Source of the DNA: Thermostichus sp. DRC_bins_24
Lineage (GTDB): Bacteria; Cyanobacteriota; Cyanobacteriia; Thermostichales; Thermostichaceae
DNA length: 25,614 bases
Assembly: GCA_039794845.1 (NCBI GenBank)
Contig: JAUQVK010000019.1
Span: forward strand, 1-25,614
Direction of reading: 5' to 3'
The translations under genes were made by a program, and so were the position numbers. Under the pieces are notes generated by a model, which saw nothing but the letters and a program-made list of their open reading frames with translations, ran no database searches and was not told the DNA's origin. Positions 18,388 through 25,614 of the stretch are shown in pieces; the first letter of the stretch is position 1; every line of letters begins with the position of its first letter.

Positions 18388-19610
18388 TGGAAACCATTCA
18401 ACTGACCATCACGGCCCAATCTCCACTCGCCATTGGCCGCCAAAAACCCGGGGGATCCGTCAGCGAAGCCCAAGACTACATTCCCGGTTCGGTCATACGG
18501 GGATCCCTGGCAGGACTGATCCTCAGCCAAATGGATCCCAACGCCACCCCAGACGGTGACTTTGCGGCCCTATTCACCGCTCCTCAACCTGCCATTTTCA
18601 CCAACGCCTATCCGGGATCCCATAGCCGAGTCATCCCCATGACGGCTCTCAGTTCCAAAAATGATCCTGGCTTTCGCCATTCAGATACTAGCAAAACAGG
18701 AGTTTTCGACACCCTCATTGATCGATTTTGCGCGCTGAAAATGGGGATCCCATTTGATCCCACAGAACCATCCGGTGGACGAGTGGAACCTTTCAGTGGC
18801 TTCTATGAGCAAGAGGGATCCCACTATGAGACCGCCTCAACAAGCAAACGACTTCTGACTCGCGTAGGCATCAATCGCCGTCGCGCCACCGCTGCCGATC
18901 AGATCCTCTACAGCCTAGAGGTGATGAACGAAGGCAAGTCCAAAAAAGGCACCGAGAAAAATGGGACGATTCAGCCCACAGTATTTACCGCCAGGATTTA
19001 TCTCAGGGATCCCAAATTAGCCCAAACCCTATCAGAATATATCAATAAAAATGCTCATTTATTGCGCTTGGGGGGAAGTGTCTCTCGTGGGTTGGGTCGA
19101 GTTAACATTAAAGCTAAACGTCTGACATCCTCGAGTTCTTCTCTGCCGGAAAGAGTCAAAACTTTCAACAAATTACTCAGGGATCGCTGGCAGCAGTGGC
19201 AGATTTTTGGGGATCCCAGGGATCCGCTTCCGGACAAACGGCAGTATTTCTCGGTGGGGTTGCAATCCGGGGCTATTCTCAAGGAGAACTGGCAGCGCAC
19301 CACGGTTATTAGCCCCGGGATGCTACAAGCAGAGGCCAGCCTTGAGGATGATTCTCTCACTCTGGAGCTCGCCTTTAGTAGCTACAGCACTCTCTCGGGT
19401 TGGAATGCTGCTTGGGGCCTATTCAAAGATGTAGATCTGGTTACCAACCCAGGAGGCGTTTTCCTCTTTAGTACCACTAATATCGATCCATGGATCCCGG
19501 TATTGAGTGAGCTAGAGCAAAGAGGAATTGGAGAACGTACCGGCGAAGGGTTTGGGCAAATCGAGGTGTGTAGTGAGTTTCATCATCATTTTTGGGAGAA
19601 TGTGCTATGA
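18387..19610 (+). CDS. csx10: Csx10 (Cas5-group RAMP of type III-D)
   Basis: SPLAIG, YIPGSVIRG, RVGINRRRATA, LGGSVSRGLG, GWNAAWGL and GIGERTGEGFGQ motifs; TAATG coupling to csm3. Confidence 0.9.
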   Translation: METIQLTITAQSPLAIGRQKPGGSVSEAQDYIPGSVIRGSLAGLILSQMDPNATPDGDFAALFTAPQPAIFTNAYPGSHSRVIPMTALSSKNDPGFRHSDTSKTGVFDTLIDRFCALKMGIPFDPTEPSGGRVEPFSGFYEQEGSHYETASTSKRLLTRVGINRRRATAADQILYSLEVMNEGKSKKGTEKNGTIQPTVFTARIYLRDPKLAQTLSEYINKNAHLLRLGGSVSRGLGRVNIKAKRLTSSSSSLPERVKTFNKLLRDRWQQWQIFGDPRDPLPDKRQYFSVGLQSGAILKENWQRTTVISPGMLQAEASLEDDSLTLELAFSSYSTLSGWNAAWGLFKDVDLVTNPGGVFLFSTTNIDPWIPVLSELEQRGIGERTGEGFGQIEVCSEFHHHFWENVL

Positions 19611-20041
19611 CAGTTGCAACTGAAAAAATCAATTCCGAGCAAGAACTCAAAATCCAACGCGGGATCCGTTTGGCAGAGGATGATCTTGTCATTGCAATCC
19701 AAGATGCCCTTGATAAGAAGCAATATGGCAATCTTGAAGAATCACAATTCAGAAATTTAGTTCGGGTTGCCACTTCCACAGAAAGTACTGAAGTCATCAA
19801 AAACTTCATTCGTTATCAAGTAGGTCGGGATGATAAATGGGGAAGAGGCAAAGGCTCATTGGCAGAACAAATCATTGATGATATTGAAAACTTAATCAAT
19901 AAAAAGGCAGAGTCTATTGCTGAGCAAGCAGGTCTTCCAAAGAAATCAGCAAAAAGTAATGAGATCAAAATGGAACTGATCCGCCGCTATTTGGGTTATG
20001 GGGCGCGCTATCTCAAGTACAAACGAGAAGGGGGATCCTAA
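19607..20041 (+). CDS. Small subunit Cas11 (Csm2-like)
   Basis: Small helical protein with SQFRNL..VA, E.IKNFIRYQVGR and RRYLGY..R; position in the operon; ATGA overlap with csx10. Confidence 0.78.
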   Translation: MTVATEKINSEQELKIQRGIRLAEDDLVIAIQDALDKKQYGNLEESQFRNLVRVATSTESTEVIKNFIRYQVGRDDKWGRGKGSLAEQIIDDIENLINKKAESIAEQAGLPKKSAKSNEIKMELIRRYLGYGARYLKYKREGGS

Positions 20042-20044
20042 GGT

Positions 20045-20659
20045 ATGGCATATAGCGACTTTACCCTTAGCTCAGTTTGTAGGGCATTTGACATTATCCT
20101 TCAGGAGGGGCATAGTTTGTTTGAGTCTATACCTGGTACAGAGGTCCCTGACAGACTGAATTCTTTTTTGCAGCGATATGTACCTCTGGCCACAGCGATT
20201 AACAGCGAAAAAGCCCGCTCTGAGTTCATCATTGCCCCGGTTTTGGCTGAAGTCAGGGAGCTAGCTGATAGACAACTTTCCCTTTTCTCAGGTAAAGAGT
20301 TTAATGTGGATCCCAGCCTTGGCTTGACCGGCTATTGTGACTATATTCTTTGTCTATCTCCTGAACAGTTGTTTATTAAGTCTCCTGTCATGATGGTTGT
20401 TGAAGCCAAGAACGAAAACATCATCGGTGGCTTGGGTCAGTGCTTGGCCAGTATGGTTGCAGCTCAGATGTTTAACCAAACAGAGGGATCCCAAGTTTCT
20501 GTCATTTATGGTGCGGTAACCAGCGGCACAAACTGGAGATTTCTAACTCTAGAAGATAAAACCTCATCAATTGACTCAATAGAATATCACATCTCACAAC
20601 TTGAAAAGATCCTCAGTATTTTATTGCTTCCCAGCAAACAGCCGGTTTTGTCTTGTTAG
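20045..20659 (+). CDS. PD-(D/E)XK restriction-endonuclease-fold protein (widespread cyanobacterial family), copy 1
   Basis: SEKARSEFIIAPVL, G.CDYIL, VVEAKNE, GQCLA.MVAAQ and IYGAVTSGTNWRF motifs. Confidence 0.8.
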   Translation: MAYSDFTLSSVCRAFDIILQEGHSLFESIPGTEVPDRLNSFLQRYVPLATAINSEKARSEFIIAPVLAEVRELADRQLSLFSGKEFNVDPSLGLTGYCDYILCLSPEQLFIKSPVMMVVEAKNENIIGGLGQCLASMVAAQMFNQTEGSQVSVIYGAVTSGTNWRFLTLEDKTSSIDSIEYHISQLEKILSILLLPSKQPVLSC

Positions 20660-20681
20660 CTCACTTTCGTTTTGGTGACCT

Positions 20682-21533
20682 ATGTTTGATATCTTCAAAA
20701 ATCGCCTCGAAGTTACCGGGATCCTGACTACGGTTACGGCCCTGAGAATTGGATCCGGACGTTCCACCGAACCCATCGGCTCCGACTTGCCGGTGCTCAA
20801 AGATGCCCTGGGTCGCCCCATTATTCCCGGATCCAGTTTTAAGGGGGCCATGCGCTCACGATTGGAAAGCTTCTTGCGGGGGATTGATCCCAACTTGGCC
20901 AGGGATCCCTCAGAGTTAACCAGTACCGCTCAGTTTAGGGTCATCAACCAACTCAAACAAGATCACAAAGGAGACGATGCCGCCCTGACAGAAGCACTGA
21001 TTGGGGAGACAGATCTGGTATCCCAAGTTTTCGGATCCCCTTGGCTATCTGGCAAGGTACAAATTCGGGATCTGCCTGTTGTGGCCAGCGCTTGGTTTGG
21101 GCAATATCAAGAGCGAGATGGGGTAGCTATTGATCGGGATACCGAAACCGCATCCGATGGCAAGCTTTATGACTTTCAGGTAGTGCCCGCCAACACCCCT
21201 TTTGAATTTCGCATGGTAGTAGAAAATGCCCAAGAATGGGAACTGGGTTTGCTGATGCTTGGGCTTTATCAGTTTGAAACGGAACAGATCCCTTTGGGCG
21301 GCGGTCGCTCCCGTGGATTGGGGGTAGTGCAGCTTGATATTTTGGAAACCCACTGGTTTGATTCGGAAGGGGATCCCCAACGTTTACTGACTTATTTGCA
21401 AGAATTAACATCGGGATCCCGGCAGCCTCTAGCGCCAGAAACCTTTGTGGAGCTTCGCAGGGACTGGACAAATGCCCTGATCACGAAATTGAGATCAGCC
21501 AGCCAAGCTCAACCTGTTAGTGTTAGGGAATAA
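20682..21533 (+). CDS. csx7: Csx7 / Cas7-group RAMP
   Basis: TALRIGSG, SDLPVLKD..GRPIIPGSSFKGAMRS, RDGVAIDRDTETA..KLYDFQVVP and LGGGRSRGLG motifs. Confidence 0.9.
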   Translation: MFDIFKNRLEVTGILTTVTALRIGSGRSTEPIGSDLPVLKDALGRPIIPGSSFKGAMRSRLESFLRGIDPNLARDPSELTSTAQFRVINQLKQDHKGDDAALTEALIGETDLVSQVFGSPWLSGKVQIRDLPVVASAWFGQYQERDGVAIDRDTETASDGKLYDFQVVPANTPFEFRMVVENAQEWELGLLMLGLYQFETEQIPLGGGRSRGLGVVQLDILETHWFDSEGDPQRLLTYLQELTSGSRQPLAPETFVELRRDWTNALITKLRSASQAQPVSVRE

Positions 21534-21547
21534 AAGGAGGGATCCCG

Positions 21548-22165
21548 GTGGCTTTTACGAACTACAAATCTTTGGAAGAGACAATCAAAGCCTTTCAGAT
21601 CTACTTTCAAGAGGATGATTTTGTTAAAGAGATGCCTTTCTCTGTTCCAGATTACTTTCGAGAAGACTTGCAGATTGTTATGAAAGATGGAGCCGTTGAA
21701 AGCTCCGAGTTTGCGATTTGCGAAAATATCATCTATCCAGTTCTCAAAGAAGTATGGAAAGTCTATCGAGAAAACTTTATTCTTTGGAGTCATCGATATC
21801 TAAACTGCGATCAGGATTTACAAGGCTTTCCTGAATACATTCTTGCCCGACGTTCGCCGTTGGGAAGAGTTGTCTTTGATAAGCCGTATTTACTAATTGT
21901 AGAAGCGAAAAAAGACAATTTCGACTATGCCTGGGGACAATGTATTGCAGAAATGATTGCAGCCCAGAAATTGAATAACCAAGACATTACTATTCATGGG
22001 ATAACCTCTAATGGCTTAATCTGGCAATTTGGCAAGTTAGAAGGAAATATATTCACCCAAAATCAAAAATATTATTCCTTGCAAAATCTTGAGCAGCTTT
22101 TTGCTGTTGTCAACTTTATGTTTGACCAATGCACTCAACAACTCAAAGCCTTTGCACACACCTAA
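21548..22165 (+). CDS. PD-(D/E)XK restriction-endonuclease-fold protein, copy 2 (AT-rich)
   Basis: SEFAICENIIYPVLKEVW, G.PEYIL, IVEAKKD, GQCIAEMIAAQ and IHGITSNG..WQFGKL motifs; AGGAGG RBS before the GTG start. Confidence 0.8.
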   Translation: MAFTNYKSLEETIKAFQIYFQEDDFVKEMPFSVPDYFREDLQIVMKDGAVESSEFAICENIIYPVLKEVWKVYRENFILWSHRYLNCDQDLQGFPEYILARRSPLGRVVFDKPYLLIVEAKKDNFDYAWGQCIAEMIAAQKLNNQDITIHGITSNGLIWQFGKLEGNIFTQNQKYYSLQNLEQLFAVVNFMFDQCTQQLKAFAHT

Positions 22166-22180
22166 AAGGGATCCCTAATC

Positions 22181-23143
22181 ATGCACAAACGCTACGTCAA
22201 CCACTGCACCATCAGCCTCACCCTCAAACCGGATGGGCCTGTCTTGATTAAATCGGGCAAGGAAGGGGCGGATCCCACCAAGCCGGATATGGAGTTTGTG
22301 GAAACCTACCACCAGGGGGGAAAAACGGTCTATTTTCCGGGTAGTTCCCTCAAGGGGGCAATTCGTGCCCATGCCGAACGCATTGTTCGCACCGTGGGCA
22401 GCGACCAACGACCGGCAGGCGAAAACTTTAAGCTCTGGGCGAGTGATCCCCTCGATCAAAGAGCCAATCAATGGCTGGAAAGAATCAAAGAATCCCACAG
22501 AGTTTATGCCCTATCTTCTTTTACGGATCAAATGTTTGGCAATACCGCCATCGCCAGCCGCATCCGCATCGAAGATGCCTATCCTAAGCCGGGATCCCCG
22601 CTCAAATTAGAGGAACGCAACGGGGTTGCCATTGATCGCGTTTTTGGCTCGGTGGCAGTGGGGCCCTTTAACTATCAGGTGTGTGTGGAGGGCTCTTTTC
22701 AGACCAAGATTCATCTGAAAAACTTTACCCTGGCACAATTGGGATTGATCGGGTTAGTTTTGCGGGATCTTAATGATGGCTGGTTTGGCATTGGCTTTGC
22801 CAAATCACGGGGGATGGGAACGGTGGCGGTAGAGCTGAACTCTGCTGTGGTTCACTATCCTGGCTGCGTGGTCAACGACCAGATTAAACTCTTGGGATCC
22901 AATCTCACCTTTCCGAAAAATCGTCTCATGGGAGTTGGAGAATTTTTGGATGAGGCAGAAGCCGAGAAATATGGGTTTCCGAAGCCAGATTACCAAGAGA
23001 TCCCAATTGCGGCGCAACCTATGGAACTAGGCTTCGGAGCACAGCTTGTCTATACCCAGGGATCCCAGGCGGATGTCAAAAGTTTGTTTACCAGTGCCGT
23101 GAGAAGCTGGAGTCAGTTGCTGCAGGGGGTACAGGCATCATGA
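22181..23143 (+). CDS. Cas7-group RAMP (Csm3-like)
   Basis: GPVLIKSG, PDMEFV, YFPGSSLKGAIRAHAERI, RNGVAIDR and IGFAKSRGMG motifs. Confidence 0.9.
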   Translation: MHKRYVNHCTISLTLKPDGPVLIKSGKEGADPTKPDMEFVETYHQGGKTVYFPGSSLKGAIRAHAERIVRTVGSDQRPAGENFKLWASDPLDQRANQWLERIKESHRVYALSSFTDQMFGNTAIASRIRIEDAYPKPGSPLKLEERNGVAIDRVFGSVAVGPFNYQVCVEGSFQTKIHLKNFTLAQLGLIGLVLRDLNDGWFGIGFAKSRGMGTVAVELNSAVVHYPGCVVNDQIKLLGSNLTFPKNRLMGVGEFLDEAEAEKYGFPKPDYQEIPIAAQPMELGFGAQLVYTQGSQADVKSLFTSAVRSWSQLLQGVQAS

Positions 23144-23589
23144 AACCTGCTTTCGTAGCCACTTTAATTGTTCACAATAATGGTGAACTTTTGCCAATCT
23201 TGCAGCGGCTTTTTCCCCCCTCCCAAAAAAGCTACTCCTTTCTACGCTGGCACCATGATGTCAGTGGCATCAATCCAGGGATCCCTACTGATCTGAGTTG
23301 TCAGGAGGGGCAAGTTTTTTCTGGGCAAGCTGAAATTCGCTGGAAGCCAACTCGGCAAGGTCTGAGTTTATTGTATTTGGGGGTTGAGGTGCAGCCGGAA
23401 GGGTTTAGGGCGCTGCGGGGGAAGTGGGTTTACAGGGATTATCCAGCGGATTTATATGGTAATCAACAGAATCCAGAGACGCGATTTCCCAGACCCCTAA
23501 GCTATCCTAATAATCTGAAGCTAGGTCAGCGACATTTTATTGATGCCAATACAGCCTCCGTTCATTTTATTGCCCTAATTCCGAGGTAG
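23140..23589 (+). CDS. csx19: Csx19-like type III-D subunit
   Basis: About 150 aa with EGQVFS..AEIRWK; located between RAMP genes as in III-D loci; ATGA overlap. Confidence 0.65.
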   Translation: MKPAFVATLIVHNNGELLPILQRLFPPSQKSYSFLRWHHDVSGINPGIPTDLSCQEGQVFSGQAEIRWKPTRQGLSLLYLGVEVQPEGFRALRGKWVYRDYPADLYGNQQNPETRFPRPLSYPNNLKLGQRHFIDANTASVHFIALIPR

Positions 23590-23591
23590 CT

Positions 23592-24644
23592 ATGCCGCCC
23601 CAAGGTCCTAGATCATTGCCGACTAGTTCTGGCAACAAAAATAAAGGAAATTTCAGTCAACCGACTTTCCCTAAACCCTACGAACTAATCCCTTTTCCCA
23701 AGCAGCCTCCCAAACTAGAAAGACCCGCCGGACACGACAAGTTTCATGCCGATAAATTGCATGGCACCCTCTTTCTCACCCTGACGGTGCAAACTGCCGT
23801 TCATATTTCGACCGGCATCATTGCCTTCGGTAGCGATGTGGGGGTACCCGGGATCCCGCTCGTGAAAACCATGACCACCACCCCGGATCAACGGCTTAAA
23901 ATCCAGGGCAGTTCCCTCAAGGGCTGCATCCGCGCCATGTACGAGGCGATCACCAACAGCACCCTTGCTGTGATTACGGGCCGTTACCGGCAGCAGATCC
24001 CCCAAGAGAGACATCCCTGCTGCAGAAAAGAGGAGTTGTGTCCCGCCAGCCGGGTTTTTGGTGCCCTGGATTGGCAGGGCCTGGTAGAGTTTAGTGATGC
24101 CGTTGCTGTGAGCGCAGGATCCAGCGGGGGATCCCTGCCTGCCCTGTATCGCCCTCGTCCGGATCAGCGTCGTGCCTACTTCCAAAACGGCAAAGCCGCC
24201 GGACGCAAGTTTTACTACACTCAAACCGAAGCCCTAGATGCAGGAAATAGTGGCACCCCTACTCAACAAGCCGCCAAAAAAACTGTTTTCAAAACCCAAA
24301 TCCATTTCAAGAATCTCACCCCTGCCGAATTGGGCACCCTGCTCACCGTCTTAGGACAGGATCCCGCTCATCCCATGCTCCTGAAATTGGGCGGGGGCAA
24401 GCCCGTGGGACTGGGATCCATTCAGGTGACCCTGGATAAAATTGAGCGCCCCGCCAACCTCAAAGATCGTTACAGCAGCTACCAAGCTCCGGAGTCAGAC
24501 ACCTTAGAAGGGGACAAACTCACCACCTTTGTTCAACAACAGATTAAAGCCACCCAAGGCTATATTTTGCCGGAGCAACTTAGGCAGCTTGCCGCGATTC
24601 TGAGTCCATCTTCCACTCGCCAACCCCCCAATGGAGTGTACTGA
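23592..24644 (+). CDS. Cas7-group RAMP (Csm5-like, terminal III-D RAMP)
   Basis: PYELIPFP, GHDKF, IQGSSLKGCIRAMYEAIT, CPASRVFG, GRKFY and KLGGGKPVGLGSI motifs. Confidence 0.88.
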   Translation: MPPQGPRSLPTSSGNKNKGNFSQPTFPKPYELIPFPKQPPKLERPAGHDKFHADKLHGTLFLTLTVQTAVHISTGIIAFGSDVGVPGIPLVKTMTTTPDQRLKIQGSSLKGCIRAMYEAITNSTLAVITGRYRQQIPQERHPCCRKEELCPASRVFGALDWQGLVEFSDAVAVSAGSSGGSLPALYRPRPDQRRAYFQNGKAAGRKFYYTQTEALDAGNSGTPTQQAAKKTVFKTQIHFKNLTPAELGTLLTVLGQDPAHPMLLKLGGGKPVGLGSIQVTLDKIERPANLKDRYSSYQAPESDTLEGDKLTTFVQQQIKATQGYILPEQLRQLAAILSPSSTRQPPNGVY

Positions 24645-25318
24645 TGACGACAAACGTTTTGCCGCAAACTGTGGATCTCAGCCCCCAATACTGGGATCTG
24701 GCCCACGGTATCGCCATGACTTTGGTAAGGGCAAATACAGACGTGAATGAGTTGAGCAAAAGCATCGCCTATCTCCGCTCCGTGGCGCATCACCCGGATG
24801 CGGGATCCCGATTTTTCAAATTCACCGGTGAACTTGTTCGAGATAATCGAATCATCCGTTCCAAACAAACCAAGGGGTACTATCGAGCTATTGACCAAAC
24901 CTGTAAAGACTACCTGGAGCCGCTCAAAAACCAGCCCGCCGAGATGCTGCAAATTTTAGGCTGGGCGGCCCGACTGATGCGCTACTACAAAGATGGGGGG
25001 ATGCCCCTCGGCGAGATCCCGCCACCCTTGGGATCCCGGCTTAATAGCGACTCCGACCGGCCGGTGGAGGAACAAGCCCAACGCCTTGCGGAAATTGCCG
25101 AGGTCTTGAGCAATGTAGAGTTTCAAGTGGGGCAAATACTCGAAGCCACCATCATCAGCATCAAGGGCAACAAAGTCACCTACGAGCTTCTGGGATCCCT
25201 CAAGCTCACCCAGAAGGAACCCAAAATGGCGGGATCCCTAAAGGAGGGTCAAAAAGTACAGGTGAAGATCACGGATCTCAAAGAAGACGGTGGGATCCGC
25301 AAAGTGAGTTTATTGTAG
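24644..25318 (+). CDS. CRISPR-associated protein: helical N-domain plus C-terminal S1/OB-like domain
   Basis: TGATG coupling to the last RAMP; helical LGWAARLMRYY segment; C-terminal VGQILEATI...KVT...LKEGQKVQVKI beta pattern. Confidence 0.7.
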   Translation: MTTNVLPQTVDLSPQYWDLAHGIAMTLVRANTDVNELSKSIAYLRSVAHHPDAGSRFFKFTGELVRDNRIIRSKQTKGYYRAIDQTCKDYLEPLKNQPAEMLQILGWAARLMRYYKDGGMPLGEIPPPLGSRLNSDSDRPVEEQAQRLAEIAEVLSNVEFQVGQILEATIISIKGNKVTYELLGSLKLTQKEPKMAGSLKEGQKVQVKITDLKEDGGIRKVSLL

Positions 25319-25488
25319 TTCCTGATACCAAAGCAGTTTATTCCATAGCCCACGGTCAAGTTTTCCTGAAAAGATCCAGCATTGGGGTTAGCACTTGCAA
25401 ATTATTCGGTGCTACCCTTAGCAGAAGAGTTATACTGCCTGCCAGATAAGTAGAAGTTCAAATCCATAATTTTTTGGAGGAAGCAACG

Positions 25489-25602
25489 ATGTTATTCGAC
25501 GATGCGCCACCGCCTGGCGGTGGATTCCCTTTTTTCGGGGACGTAAACGTTGACCAGCCTGCACCCAACACGGAAAACCCCCACCCCAAACCGGAGAAAT
25601 AG
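25489..25602 (+). CDS. Putative 37-aa small protein MLFDDAPPPGGGFPFFGDVNVDQPAPNTENPHPKPEK
   Basis: GGAGG RBS 8 nt before the ATG; TATACT -10 box at 25431-25436. Confidence 0.5.
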   Translation: MLFDDAPPPGGGFPFFGDVNVDQPAPNTENPHPKPEK

Positions 25603-25614
25603 CCCCCCGCCCCC

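Larger units (their letters stand above)
371..25300. repeat. Highly iterated palindrome GGGATCCC (HIP1 analogue), dispersed
   Basis: Dozens of GGGATCCC/GGATCC copies in all reading frames, including inside the cas genes. Confidence 0.85.

Noticed and set aside
20045..22165. Calling the two inserted genes NucC or Cas4
   Set aside because: No Cas4 Fe-S cysteine cluster, and the motif pattern differs from NucC; only the general PD-(D/E)XK fold is supported.
25388..25415. Canonical CIRCE element
   Set aside because: The spacer is 1 bp too long and the inner bases mismatch; kept only as an unexplained palindrome.
25319..25614. CRISPR array after the operon
   Set aside because: No repeated units are visible; an array could start beyond the window.

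Overview
This is a cyanobacterial chromosomal window. The very frequent GGGATCCC palindrome, high GC and gene content suggest a hot-spring Thermostichus / Synechococcus JA-type genome (inference). The left edge holds the 5' end of an IS701-family transposase that the ORF track missed. From 0.4 to 14.8 kb are mostly housekeeping genes: cupin, a conserved membrane protein, hydantoinase/oxoprolinase A, HEAT-repeat protein, cyclophilin, DUF1517, Cof-type HAD, UvrD helicase, nusB, GST, tRNA-Gly(CCC) and galE. From 15.3 to 25.3 kb is a tightly coupled type III-D-like CRISPR effector operon: HD-less cas10 with intact GGDD, cas7, csx10, cas11, csx7, cas7, csx19 and a csm5-like RAMP. No array, cas6, cas1/2 or CARF/SAVED effector lies in the window. 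The four most notable oddities are: (1) two paralogous PD-(D/E)XK-like genes inserted inside the cas operon on either side of csx7, one bracketed by TAAAAGG..GGATCCC direct repeats; (2) a ~200-nt G-U-rich structured RNA candidate with an HLR1/RpaB-like promoter just upstream of cas10; (3) a terminal helical + OB-fold gene coupled to the operon; (4) an unannotated 37-aa ORF with a strong RBS and its own palindromic operator after the operon.
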